NCBI GenBank assembly: GCA_041737355.1
Contig: JBGSRW010000009.1
Coordinates: 5,323 to 69,322, forward strand
Direction: 5' to 3'
Source of the DNA: Patescibacteria group bacterium
Lineage (GTDB): Bacteria > Patescibacteriota > Patescibacteriia > XYB2-FULL-38-15
DNA length: 64,000 bases
Shown: positions 38,027 to 47,810 of the stretch, one piece after another
Position numbering within the stretch: position 1 is the first letter of the stretch
Layout: every line of letters starts with the position of its first letter
Program-made: the position numbers and the translations under genes
The notes under the pieces: model-generated
The model's input: only the letters and a program-made list of their open reading frames with translations
Told to the model about the DNA's origin: nothing
Databases searched by the model: none

Positions 38027-39517
38027 ATGCCTTTCTTTAAAGTAAAAAAATTGGATTTTGAAACCGGTGGACGGTGGATTATTGTTTTAAAAGAAAAAGA
38101 AGCCCGGGCCTACGGCATCAGGATGGGCGACAAATTGAAATTGAAATGGGACGGCCGGGAAACGGTTGTCACCGCCAATTTTACCCATACCAAAGTCGCG
38201 GACGGCGAGGTCGGGCTTTTCAAGGAAATCTGGCAGCATTATAAATTTAAACCCGGCGAGATGATTGATATTACGCTCTCGGAACGGCCGGCCTCCATTG
38301 AATCCATTAAGAAAAAACTTCTTGGCGGCGAACTGAATTACCGGGAAATGCACGCGGTCGTTCGCGATATTGCCGATTATGTCCTAGGCGATCTTGAAAT
38401 AACTTATTTTGTCGCCTCGGGCTTTGCCAGAAAATTTTCAAACAGTGAGCTTTATTATCTTACGAAATCAATCGCCGAAACCGGCGATATGCTGCGGCTT
38501 CCCGGCCCGGTTCTTGATAAGCATTCGGTCGGCGGCCTACCGGGTAATCGAACAACCATGCTTGTTGTTCCGATTATTGCGAGTTTAGGTTTCAAGATTC
38601 CCAAAACTTCTTCGCGGGCCATTACTTCGGCGGCCGGCACGGCCGATACAATGGAGGTCTTGGCGCCGGTAACCTTTCCCATGGCAAAAATAAAAGAGAT
38701 AGTTAAAAAAACCGGAGCCTGTCTTGCTTGGGGCGGAGGAACGCGCATCGCTCCGGCCGATGACCGAATAATTAAAGTTTCCTATCCTTTGTCGCTCGAG
38801 CCGTACACAAAAATGATAGTTTCGGTTATGGCGAAAAAAGTCGCCATGGGGGTGAAATATCTTGTCATCGATTTGCCGGTCGGACCGACCGGTAAAATTC
38901 ACCGGGTTGCCGACGCAAAAAAAATAGAAAAGATAATGAAATACCTGGCAAAGCGTTTCGGAATAAAAATAAAAGTGGATATCAATGAAGCGCTAAAACC
39001 AATCGGCCGGGGAATCGGTCCGGCGCTTGAGGCGCGCGATGTTTTGCGCGTCTTGGAACGCAAGGAGCACAGGCCGCTTGATTTGGAAGAAAAATCTTTG
39101 GAGCTGGCCGGCCAACTTTTGGACTTGGCCGGAATTTCCAAGAAGGGCGATGGCTATGATTTAGCTATGGAAGCTCTCCGGAGCGGCAAGGCTTGGAAGA
39201 AAATGCAGGAGATTATCCGGGCCCAGGGAGGAAAGGCCAATCTTGATTCCGAAGAGATCGTTTTGAGCGATAAAATTTTAAAAATCAAAGCGGAAAAAGC
39301 CGGCCAAATCGTAAGTTTCGACAATCTGGCGATCGTGGCAATCTGCCGGATTCTGGGGGCCCCCTCTTGCAAAATCGCGGGAATCTACTTAAATAAGGTG
39401 ATGGGCGACCGGGTGAGGCGCGGCGATACGGTCTTTACGATGTACGGAGAAAGCGCCGACAGGCTCAAATTAGCGGAAAAAGCTTTGGAAAAAAATAAGA
39501 TTTTAACCATAAAATAA
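38027..39517 (+). CDS. AMP/thymidine phosphorylase (archaeal-type AMP phosphorylase)
   Basis: Extra N-terminal barrel domain, DKHSVGGLPGNRTT, KTSSRAITSAAGTADTMEVLA and IGRGIGPALEARD. Confidence 0.88.
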   Translation: MPFFKVKKLDFETGGRWIIVLKEKEARAYGIRMGDKLKLKWDGRETVVTANFTHTKVADGEVGLFKEIWQHYKFKPGEMIDITLSERPASIESIKKKLLGGELNYREMHAVVRDIADYVLGDLEITYFVASGFARKFSNSELYYLTKSIAETGDMLRLPGPVLDKHSVGGLPGNRTTMLVVPIIASLGFKIPKTSSRAITSAAGTADTMEVLAPVTFPMAKIKEIVKKTGACLAWGGGTRIAPADDRIIKVSYPLSLEPYTKMIVSVMAKKVAMGVKYLVIDLPVGPTGKIHRVADAKKIEKIMKYLAKRFGIKIKVDINEALKPIGRGIGPALEARDVLRVLERKEHRPLDLEEKSLELAGQLLDLAGISKKGDGYDLAMEALRSGKAWKKMQEIIRAQGGKANLDSEEIVLSDKILKIKAEKAGQIVSFDNLAIVAICRILGAPSCKIAGIYLNKVMGDRVRRGDTVFTMYGESADRLKLAEKALEKNKILTIK

Positions 39518-39520
39518 AAA

Positions 39521-40231
39521 ATGAGCATATTTAAAAAAATCTTCAAAGGCAACACACTGTATTATCCGGGCTGTCTTTCTAAATTCGCCGCCAAGGAACT
39601 CATGGAAAATTACCGGCGGATTTTGCGCGAAGCCGGTTTTGATTTTATAGAACTCTCCGATCTCGAAGTTTGCTGCGGCTCGCCGGCATTGAAAGCCGGA
39701 TACAACGAAGATTTTAAAAATTTGGCGGAAAAAAATCTGCAGGCTTTCAAGGATCACTCGGTCGGAAAAATCATTACCCATTGCCCGACCTGCAGCATGA
39801 TTTTTAAGAAACATTACCCGGAAGTGCTGGGCGAGAAGTGGGATATTGAAGTTCAGCATATTACCGAGGCGTTGGCCGAGAAAGCTGGCAAACCGGTGAG
39901 CAAAAAAGGCGCGGTTACCTACCATGATCCCTGCCACCTGGGCCGGCATATGGGAGTATACGAGGCGCCGCGGAAAGTTATTGAATCTTTGGGTTACGAA
40001 ATAAAAGAAATGGAGCTTTGCCGGAACCAGAGTTTCTGCTGCGGCGGAGGCGGGGGAGTCCACGCCAACGAATTCGAGCTGGCCGGGAAAATCGCCAAAG
40101 ACCGGATCGCCATGGCGAAAAAAACCGGAGCAAAAGTTTTAGTGACGCCGTGTCCGTTATGTTATTTAAATTTGAAACACAATTCCGAAGGCGAAGATAT
40201 CGAGGTTAAAGAACTGTCTCAACTAATGTAG
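39521..40231 (+). CDS. CCG-domain Fe-S protein (LutA/LldE-like)
   Basis: YYPGC, CCG, CPTC, YHDPCHLGR, CCGGGGG and CPLC motifs. Confidence 0.88.
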   Translation: MSIFKKIFKGNTLYYPGCLSKFAAKELMENYRRILREAGFDFIELSDLEVCCGSPALKAGYNEDFKNLAEKNLQAFKDHSVGKIITHCPTCSMIFKKHYPEVLGEKWDIEVQHITEALAEKAGKPVSKKGAVTYHDPCHLGRHMGVYEAPRKVIESLGYEIKEMELCRNQSFCCGGGGGVHANEFELAGKIAKDRIAMAKKTGAKVLVTPCPLCYLNLKHNSEGEDIEVKELSQLM

Positions 40232-40232
40232 T

Positions 40233-41489
40233 ATGCAAAAAGAATTTTTATCTCCGGAAATCAAGAAAAATATTTGGAAAGTGGTTTTTGAATATAAAAT
40301 CAGGCGGAAAAAAACTTTGGCCGATTTGGGTTTGGATTGGGATAAATTCAGAGATGAATTCAGGAAGATGAAAGAGGCGGCTTTCCGAGACATGAAAAGT
40401 TTAAAGAAGCGGGCAATAGAAAATTTAACAAAAAACGGAATCAAGGTTATTGAGGCGCGCGATGGGGCCGAAGCAAGAAAAATAATCGGCGAGCTGGTCG
40501 CGGCCGACAAGACAATCGTCAAATCAAAGACCACGGCGGCCGACGAAATCGGGATTGACGAAATTTTGGGAGAAAGATCGGTGAGCACCGATTTGGGAGA
40601 TTTTATTATGAGTATTTCCGGCGGGCGCGACATGCATCCGGTTTTTCCGTCGTATCATTTATCGCCGGAAGAAATTTCAAAAATTATAAAAAATAAATTC
40701 GGAGCCGACGTAGCCCCCGACGCCAAAAGCATTGCCGCTTTCGCGAGGAAATATCTGCGGAGCAAAATGATCGAAGCTACGGCCGGGATTACCGGGGCGA
40801 ACGTTATTACCGCTGACGGCCGGATTGTTGTTTTGGAAAATGAGGGGAATATTTCTTTGGTTTCAAGATTGCCTGATAAACATATTGTTATTTCCGGCTG
40901 GGAAAAGATAGTTCCAACAGTGGAAGACGCCATGCAGGTCGTGCGGGCCGCCTCCGTTTGGGGAACCGGGCAGGATTGGCCGGTTTATGTTTCAATTATT
41001 TCCGGACCGTCAAAGACCGCCGATATTCAGAATGAACTCGTGATCGGCGCCCAGGGAGCCAAAGAAGTTTATCTGGTAATACTTGACAATGGCCGCGAAA
41101 AAATATTGGAAGACGGTTTTGAGGAATTACTCTACTGCATAAATTGCGGCGCCTGTTTGGATTTTTGTCCGGCTTATCATCAATTGGGCACAAAATACGG
41201 AGACAAATATCTCGGAAGCAAGGGAATAATTTTGTCGGCCTTTATGGTTAACTTGCTCCGCGCCAAAGAGTCTGGTTGCTATTCCTGCACTCTTTGTTCC
41301 GCCTGTTTTGAGAATTGTCCGGCGAAAATCGATCTGCCCGGCATGATGAGAAAAATCAGGAACAAGCTTGATCTCGCCGGCCAGGAAACCGAAGAAAATA
41401 AAAAAATGATTGAAAACATAAGAAAGTTCGGCAATCCTTTCGGCGAAAAAGACAAAGAACGTGCCCCCAACGAACTTTACTGTTGCTAA
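40233..41489 (+). CDS. LUD-domain Fe-S protein (LutB/LldF-like)
   Basis: STDLGD, GITGAN, ENEGN, SGPSKTADI, CINCGACLDFCP and CTLCSACFENCP motifs. Confidence 0.88.
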   Translation: MQKEFLSPEIKKNIWKVVFEYKIRRKKTLADLGLDWDKFRDEFRKMKEAAFRDMKSLKKRAIENLTKNGIKVIEARDGAEARKIIGELVAADKTIVKSKTTAADEIGIDEILGERSVSTDLGDFIMSISGGRDMHPVFPSYHLSPEEISKIIKNKFGADVAPDAKSIAAFARKYLRSKMIEATAGITGANVITADGRIVVLENEGNISLVSRLPDKHIVISGWEKIVPTVEDAMQVVRAASVWGTGQDWPVYVSIISGPSKTADIQNELVIGAQGAKEVYLVILDNGREKILEDGFEELLYCINCGACLDFCPAYHQLGTKYGDKYLGSKGIILSAFMVNLLRAKESGCYSCTLCSACFENCPAKIDLPGMMRKIRNKLDLAGQETEENKKMIENIRKFGNPFGEKDKERAPNELYCC

Positions 41490-41597
41490 TTTGTATGGGC
41501 AGAAAGACGGCCGTCGGCCGTCTTTTTTAGTTTTATAACAAAGACATAGAGAGAAAAATTTGGTATAATTGAGGAAGCTGGTTTTACTAGGAAAAAT

Positions 41598-44099
41598 ATG
41601 TCTAAAGAAATTGAAAAAGAAAAAGGGTTAGCCGGGCTTTCTTCCGGGGAAGCCGCGGAACGTCTTAAAAAATTCGGGGAGAATGTTGCCGTCAAAAAGA
41701 AAAGAATCAGGCCGATCTTAGCTTTCTTGAGAAAGCTAAACAGCCCGTTGCTTTTGATTTTAATCGCCGCTTCGCTGATTTCTTTTTTGGTCGGCGAACG
41801 CATAAACGCCGCGATTTTGTTTTTGATGATATGTACTTCGGCGATTTTGGAGTTTGTCAATTCCTACAAATCGGAAAAGGCGGTCCAGAAATTGGTATCC
41901 CGCGTTGTCACTACCGCGACGGTTTTTCGCGACGGGAGAAAGAGGGAAATAGCGCTGAAGGAAATTGTTCCCGGAGATCTGATTTTTCTTTCCGCCGGAG
42001 ACGTCGTTCCGGCTGATTGCCGGGTAGAGGAGAGTGACGATTTTTTTGTTAACCAGTCGGCCCTGACCGGCGAAGCCTTTCCGGTTGAAAAAGTTGCCAA
42101 GAGCGATGAGGTGGAGGCGGAAGATTTTTCTCTCCAAAACAGAAATTTGGTTTTCACCGGAACAAGCGTCGTGACCGGTTTTGCCACGGTTTTATCCTTG
42201 AAAACCGGCGCCTCGACGGAATTCGGGAAAATAGCCGGCGACCTTGTGCGGGCCGAACCGGAAACTGATTTTGAAAAAAATATCAAGAAGTTCAGTTTCT
42301 TCATAATGCGGGTCAACATTTTTTTGGTTGGCTTTGTTTTTTTAATAAACGCCATGCTCGGGCGCGGTTGGCTCACTTCTTTTATTTTTGCTATCGCCAT
42401 CGCGATCGGTCTGACTCCGGAACTTCTTCCGGTGATAATCTCCGTTTCTTTGAGCCGCGGTTCGGTGCGGATGGCTAAAAAGGGAGTAATTGTAAAAAAT
42501 CTTTCTTCAATCCAGAATTTCGGGAGCATGAATGTTTTATGCACCGATAAAACCGGGACGCTGACTCAGAATAAAATAATTCTGGTCAAGTATATGGACG
42601 GCCTCGGCAATGTTTCGGAAGATGTTTTGCTCTATGCCTACCTTAACAGTTTTTTCCACACAGGCGTGCAAAATCCTTTGGATAGCGCCGTTTTGGAATA
42701 TAAAAAATTGCATATTGCCCGCTATAAAAAAATAGACGAGATACCTTTCGATTTTGAAAGAAAGAGACAGTCTATGGTTGTCGAGGATGAGGGAAAAAGA
42801 TTTTTGATTACCAAGGGAGCGCCGGAAGAAGTTTTTAAAATTTGCGGTCATTATCAAAAAGAAGGAAAAAATTATATTTTGGACGCGGAATCAAAGAAAG
42901 AAATTAACGAGCAATTTAAAAAATTAAGCCAGGACGGTTTCCGCGTTCTTGCCATGGCCAGAAAAGAAATAAAAAGTACGGCCAAAGTTTATGAGCGGCG
43001 AGAAGAAAAGGAAATGATTTTTTTGGGCTTTGTCGCTTTCCTGGATCCGCCCAAAGATACGGTTACGGAAACGATTAGGGAACTTTTTGATCTCGGTATT
43101 GAGGTAAAAATTCTGACAGGGGACAACGAATTGCTGACGGAGAAAATCTGCCGGGAAATAAAGCTCAAAACTAAAGGGACGATCACCGGCATTGAAATAG
43201 AAAAAATGTCTGATCACGAGTTGCAGAAGGCGGTTCTCGGGACGACGATTTTCGCGAGGATTACTCCGGAACAAAAAGAAAGAATTATTATTAATTTGAA
43301 AAAAGCCGGCAAGGTTGTTGGTTATTTGGGCGACGGGATTAACGACGCGCCGGCCCTAAAAGCTGGCGATATCGGTATTTCCGTCAATAACGCGGTTGAT
43401 GTTGCCAAGGAAACGGCGGATCTTATTTTATTGCGGAAAAGTTTAAGAGTTTTGAAAGACGGCATTATTGAGGGAAGAAAAACTTTTCACAACACGATGA
43501 AATATATCATGATGGGATTGAGTTCCAATTTCGGAAATATGTTTTCCATGATGGGCGCTTCGGCTATTTTGCCGTTTTTGCCGATGCTTCCGACGCAAGT
43601 GCTTTTGAATAATTTTTTATACGACATTTCCCAGCTGTCGCTTACGACCGATGCGGTTGACGATGACGCCATCAAGAAACCGACTGCCTGGAGTCTTCCA
43701 TTCATCAGAAAATATATGCTGACTTTTGGTCTGATCAGTTCGATTTTTGATTTCCTGACTTTTGGTGCGCTCTTTTTTGTATTTCGCTTATCGGAAAGCC
43801 AATTCCAGACCGGGTGGTTTATCGAATCAATCGCCACCCAGGTTTTTGTTATTTACGTTATCCGCACGAAAAAAATACCGTTTATACAAAGCAGCCCGAG
43901 CCGGATGCTTTTCTGGAACACTTTTCTCCTTGTGGCTTTCGCCTGGGCTATTCCGTTTTTATCGATAGGAATATTTTTCCATTTCGCGCCGCTGCCGCTT
44001 ATGGTGCTCGGGGTGATTTTCGGCCTGGTGGTAATTTATCTGATCTTGGTGGAAATAGCCAAAAGAATTTTTTATAAAAAATACGGTTATAATCTGTAA
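41598..44099 (+). CDS. mgtA: Mg2+-translocating P-type ATPase
   Basis: LTGEAFP, LTPELLP, DKTGTLT, PFDFERK, GDGINDAPAL and SSNFGNMFS motifs. Confidence 0.93.
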   Translation: MSKEIEKEKGLAGLSSGEAAERLKKFGENVAVKKKRIRPILAFLRKLNSPLLLILIAASLISFLVGERINAAILFLMICTSAILEFVNSYKSEKAVQKLVSRVVTTATVFRDGRKREIALKEIVPGDLIFLSAGDVVPADCRVEESDDFFVNQSALTGEAFPVEKVAKSDEVEAEDFSLQNRNLVFTGTSVVTGFATVLSLKTGASTEFGKIAGDLVRAEPETDFEKNIKKFSFFIMRVNIFLVGFVFLINAMLGRGWLTSFIFAIAIAIGLTPELLPVIISVSLSRGSVRMAKKGVIVKNLSSIQNFGSMNVLCTDKTGTLTQNKIILVKYMDGLGNVSEDVLLYAYLNSFFHTGVQNPLDSAVLEYKKLHIARYKKIDEIPFDFERKRQSMVVEDEGKRFLITKGAPEEVFKICGHYQKEGKNYILDAESKKEINEQFKKLSQDGFRVLAMARKEIKSTAKVYERREEKEMIFLGFVAFLDPPKDTVTETIRELFDLGIEVKILTGDNELLTEKICREIKLKTKGTITGIEIEKMSDHELQKAVLGTTIFARITPEQKERIIINLKKAGKVVGYLGDGINDAPALKAGDIGISVNNAVDVAKETADLILLRKSLRVLKDGIIEGRKTFHNTMKYIMMGLSSNFGNMFSMMGASAILPFLPMLPTQVLLNNFLYDISQLSLTTDAVDDDAIKKPTAWSLPFIRKYMLTFGLISSIFDFLTFGALFFVFRLSESQFQTGWFIESIATQVFVIYVIRTKKIPFIQSSPSRMLFWNTFLLVAFAWAIPFLSIGIFFHFAPLPLMVLGVIFGLVVIYLILVEIAKRIFYKKYGYNL

Positions 44100-44166
44100 T
44101 GAATTTTTCGGAGGAAACAAAAAACGAGGCGCTTGCCTCGTTTTTATAATCTGTTAATTGTCCAAG

Positions 44167-44240
44167 TCGGGGTAGAGGGATTCGCACCCTCGATCTCACG
44201 GTCCCGAACCGTGCGCCTTAGACTACTGGGCCATACCCCG
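44167..44240 (-). tRNA. tRNA-Pro(CGG)
   Basis: Minus strand CGGGGTA/TACCCCG acceptor, cacgg-ttCGGga-ccgtg, T-loop TGCGAAT. Confidence 0.93.
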
Positions 44241-44330
44241 TTAATTTAATCATTATTTATTATAAAGCAGATTCTTCTTTACGTAAAGGTTAATTTAGGA
44301 TAAATTAAAGGTACAGTTAATACAGATTTT

Positions 44331-45590
44331 ATGCAAGACCTATTTGACGGAAAATTGAATAAAGACTTGGCAAAAAACGCGCCGCTGGCCGACAGATTAA
44401 GGCCGGAAACACTTGATGAGTTTGAGGGACAGGAAGATTTGATCGGCGCCGGGAAAATGCTCCGCAATCTGATTCAGAATGATGAAATCCCGTCTATGAT
44501 TTTTTGGGGTCCGCCCGGAAGCGGGAAAACTACGCTCGCGCGGATTATTGCCAAGATGACCAAGTCGGAATTTATCCAAATGTCGGCGACCGCTTCGGGT
44601 TTGGCCGATCTGCGGAAAATTGTTTCCGCGGCGCAAAGCGGAAGAAAGTTTAATAGCCGCCGGACAATTTTGTTTATTGACGAAATCCACCGCTGGAACA
44701 AATCCCAACAGGATTCTCTTTTGCCCTACGTGGAAAACGGAACCATTACTTTAATCGGAGCGACCACGGAAAATCCGTCGTTTGAAGTTAATTCCGCCCT
44801 TCTTTCCCGCTCGCGAGTTTTTGTCCTAAAATCTTTGGGCCAGGAAAATATTAAAAATATTTTGAAGCGGGCGATTTCCGATAAAGTCCGCGGTTATGGC
44901 GCCCTTGACGTTCAGGTTGTTGAAAAGACTCTTGACTATCTGGCCGGAGTGGCCAATGGCGATGCCCGAATTGCCTTGAATGCTTTGGAATTCGCGATCA
45001 AGGCCAGTCGTAAGGGCAGCGAAAAAATGGTACAATTAAATCAGGAAACGATCCGCGAAGCCCTGCAGAAAACCCATCTGCTTTACGACAGGGCCGGAGA
45101 AGAACATTTCAATATAATTTCCGCGCTTCATAAATCAATGCGAGGTTCGGATGCTGACGCGGCGCTTTACTGGCTTGGCCGGATGGTTGAGGCGGGGGAG
45201 GATCCGCTCTATGTTGCCCGGCGCTTGGTCCGTTTCGCTTCGGAAGATATTGGCTTGGCCGATCCGCAGGCGCTAGTGCAGGCGACGACGGCTTACACCG
45301 CTTGCCATTATTTAGGAATGCCTGAGTGCAATGTGATTTTAGCACAGGCGGTTGTTTATCTTGCCCGCGCGCCGAAATCAAACGCGCTTTACACGGCTTA
45401 CGGAGAAGTTCAGCACGATCTCCGTGAAACAGAAAATGAACCGGTGCCGTTTCATTTACGCAACGCCCCGACAGATTTGATGAAAGATTTGGGTTATGGA
45501 AAAGGATATAAATATAATCCAAATTACAAGGAGCCGGTTCATCAGGATTATTTTCCGGAAAAATTAAAAGGCAGAAAGTATTTAAAATAA
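44331..45590 (+). CDS. rarA: Replication-associated recombination protein A
   Basis: PLADRLRP, GPPGSGKTT, DEIHR, GATTENPSF, SALHKSMRGSD and ASEDIG motifs. Confidence 0.95.
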   Translation: MQDLFDGKLNKDLAKNAPLADRLRPETLDEFEGQEDLIGAGKMLRNLIQNDEIPSMIFWGPPGSGKTTLARIIAKMTKSEFIQMSATASGLADLRKIVSAAQSGRKFNSRRTILFIDEIHRWNKSQQDSLLPYVENGTITLIGATTENPSFEVNSALLSRSRVFVLKSLGQENIKNILKRAISDKVRGYGALDVQVVEKTLDYLAGVANGDARIALNALEFAIKASRKGSEKMVQLNQETIREALQKTHLLYDRAGEEHFNIISALHKSMRGSDADAALYWLGRMVEAGEDPLYVARRLVRFASEDIGLADPQALVQATTAYTACHYLGMPECNVILAQAVVYLARAPKSNALYTAYGEVQHDLRETENEPVPFHLRNAPTDLMKDLGYGKGYKYNPNYKEPVHQDYFPEKLKGRKYLK

Positions 45591-45603
45591 TAAATTTTTC
45601 CAT

Positions 45604-45933
45604 ATGCATGACGAAAAATGGCTGGATACGGTTTCAATTCTGAAAGATAAGTTTCCGATTTTGGAAGAAGGAAAAGAGGATTTACAGGAGGAAGAGGGGA
45701 GAGGTTTCCGCGAATTTGTTGTTTTTAACGGCCCCTTGGGAAAAATGAAAATTGAGCGGACGACCAAAGCTGTGGTGCTTGATAAAAAAACCTTGGGTTC
45801 GAAAAGAATGGGCAGCCAGGCGGCGGTTGAATATGTCTATTCCGATACTGAAAAAAGCCATAAATTTAAAGCTTACAAATGGGGAGAGTCGCAAAATAGC
45901 TGGGTAGAAATAACTCTTGAAGGCGGTTTATGA
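45604..45933 (+). CDS. Conserved hypothetical protein
   Basis: Operonic ORF overlapping the next start codon. Confidence 0.7.
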   Translation: MHDEKWLDTVSILKDKFPILEEGKEDLQEEEGRGFREFVVFNGPLGKMKIERTTKAVVLDKKTLGSKRMGSQAAVEYVYSDTEKSHKFKAYKWGESQNSWVEITLEGGL

Positions 45934-47789
45934 GAAGATTCTCGCGCAAAAAAAATGTGCGCGCCCTGGAGATGAGAGGGGATGGACGTCTTAAATTTAT
46001 TTTAGGACTTATTTTTATATTTGCCGCTGTTCTTGTCTGGCGGCTTTTTACTTTACAAATTTTGGATAAAGATTTTTATTCGGCTCTGGCCGCCGGGCAG
46101 CACGAAATTTACCAGTCGCTTTTTCCCGAGCGGGGAAAAATTTGGATGAGCGAGATTTCCGGTGACGATAACAAAAAAGAACTTTATCCCTTGGCGACGA
46201 ACCAAGCCCTTTATCTTGTTTATGCCGATACGAGGAAGATAAAAAATCCTGAAGAGGTGGCCAAGCAGTTGTCGGAGATATTCAAAATAGCCGAAGATCA
46301 GGCCAGCGAAGAAAAAAAAGACGAAGCGGCCGATCCGGAAGTTCTGGCCGCGGCCAAAGAAGAGGCGGATAAAGCGGCCAAGGAGAAATTGAAGGGAGAG
46401 CTTTTGGAAAAATTGAAAAAAGAAAACGATCCCTATGAACCGCTCCGGAACAGGGTTACGGAAGAAGAAGTTAAAAAAATTGAAGAATTAAAAATTGAAG
46501 GGATAGGATTTGCGGACGAGGATATCCGTTTCTATCCGGAAAAAAATGTCGGCAGTCATCTTCTGGGATTTCTCGGTTTTAAGGACGATAAAAAAATTGG
46601 TCAGTACGGGCTTGAGGGTTATTTTGACAAGGAGCTCGCCGGAAAGCAGGGTTTTCTCGCTTCGGAAAAAGATGTGGCCGGGCGCTGGATTCCCGTTTCC
46701 GGAAGAAAATGGGACAAGGCGGAGGACGGATCGGATTTGGTTTTGACAATCGACCGCAATATAGAATTTTTTGCCTGCGACGCGTTGCGGAAAGCAGTGG
46801 AAAAACATGGAGCCGACGGAGGATCGGTAATCGTTATGGATCCGAAAACCGGGGCGGTCCTCGCAATGTGTTCTTACCCAGATTTTGATCCGAACGAATA
46901 CTCCAAAGTTAAAGATATCAATGTGTTCAATAATCCGGCTATTTTTTATCAGTACGAACCCGGTTCTATTTTTAAAGCCATTACGATCGCCGCCGCGTTA
47001 GATCTCGGAAAAGTTACGCCGACTACTACATACAACGACGAAGGATTCGTAAAGGTTGACGACCGGACAATCAAAAATTCCGATGAAAAAGCGCACGGCA
47101 TACAGACAATGACCGACGTACTTGACGAATCCCTGAATACCGGAGCCGTTTACGCCGTCCAAAAAATTGGCGCCGAGGCTTTCAAAAAATATGTCGAGGA
47201 TTTTGGGTTTGGCACGGCAACCGGAGTTGGTCTGGATTTTGAAAATAAAGGAAATATAAGTTCTTTAGGGAAAAGGGGCGATATCTGGAGCGCGACCGGT
47301 TCTTTTGGGCAGGGAATTTCCGTGACGCCGATCCAGGTCGTATCGGCTTTTTCCGCCATTGCCAACGGGGGAAAACTGGTTAAGCCTTATATCGTCGACG
47401 AAATAAGGAAAAGCGACGGTGAAGTTGTTAAGACCGGTCAGCAAGTTGTAAGGCAGGTTATTTCTTCCCGCACCGCGACTCTTTTGGGCGGGATGTTGGC
47501 TTCGGTCGTTGAGCACGGTCATGGAAAACGCGCCGGGGTTCCGGGATATTTTGTCGCCGGGAAAACCGGAACGGCTCAAGTCGCGAAAAAAGACGGAAGC
47601 GGCTACGAAAAAGACGTAACCGTCGGTTCTTTCGTCGGGTTCGCACCGGTTGAAGATCCGAAATTCGTGATGCTCGCCAAGATCGATCACCCGCGTGATA
47701 CGATTTGGGCCGAAGCGACCGCCGCGCCGCTCTTTGGCGAAATTGCCAAATTTATGCTAAACTATTTTAAAGTGCCTCCAAGCAGGTAA
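45930..47789 (+). CDS. Class B penicillin-binding protein (FtsI-like)
   Basis: TM anchor, RGKI, YEPGSIFK (SxxK), SLN and KTGTAQ motifs. Confidence 0.92.
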   Translation: MRRFSRKKNVRALEMRGDGRLKFILGLIFIFAAVLVWRLFTLQILDKDFYSALAAGQHEIYQSLFPERGKIWMSEISGDDNKKELYPLATNQALYLVYADTRKIKNPEEVAKQLSEIFKIAEDQASEEKKDEAADPEVLAAAKEEADKAAKEKLKGELLEKLKKENDPYEPLRNRVTEEEVKKIEELKIEGIGFADEDIRFYPEKNVGSHLLGFLGFKDDKKIGQYGLEGYFDKELAGKQGFLASEKDVAGRWIPVSGRKWDKAEDGSDLVLTIDRNIEFFACDALRKAVEKHGADGGSVIVMDPKTGAVLAMCSYPDFDPNEYSKVKDINVFNNPAIFYQYEPGSIFKAITIAAALDLGKVTPTTTYNDEGFVKVDDRTIKNSDEKAHGIQTMTDVLDESLNTGAVYAVQKIGAEAFKKYVEDFGFGTATGVGLDFENKGNISSLGKRGDIWSATGSFGQGISVTPIQVVSAFSAIANGGKLVKPYIVDEIRKSDGEVVKTGQQVVRQVISSRTATLLGGMLASVVEHGHGKRAGVPGYFVAGKTGTAQVAKKDGSGYEKDVTVGSFVGFAPVEDPKFVMLAKIDHPRDTIWAEATAAPLFGEIAKFMLNYFKVPPSR

Positions 47790-47810
47790 TTTGATTGTTA
47801 ATTTGTATTT

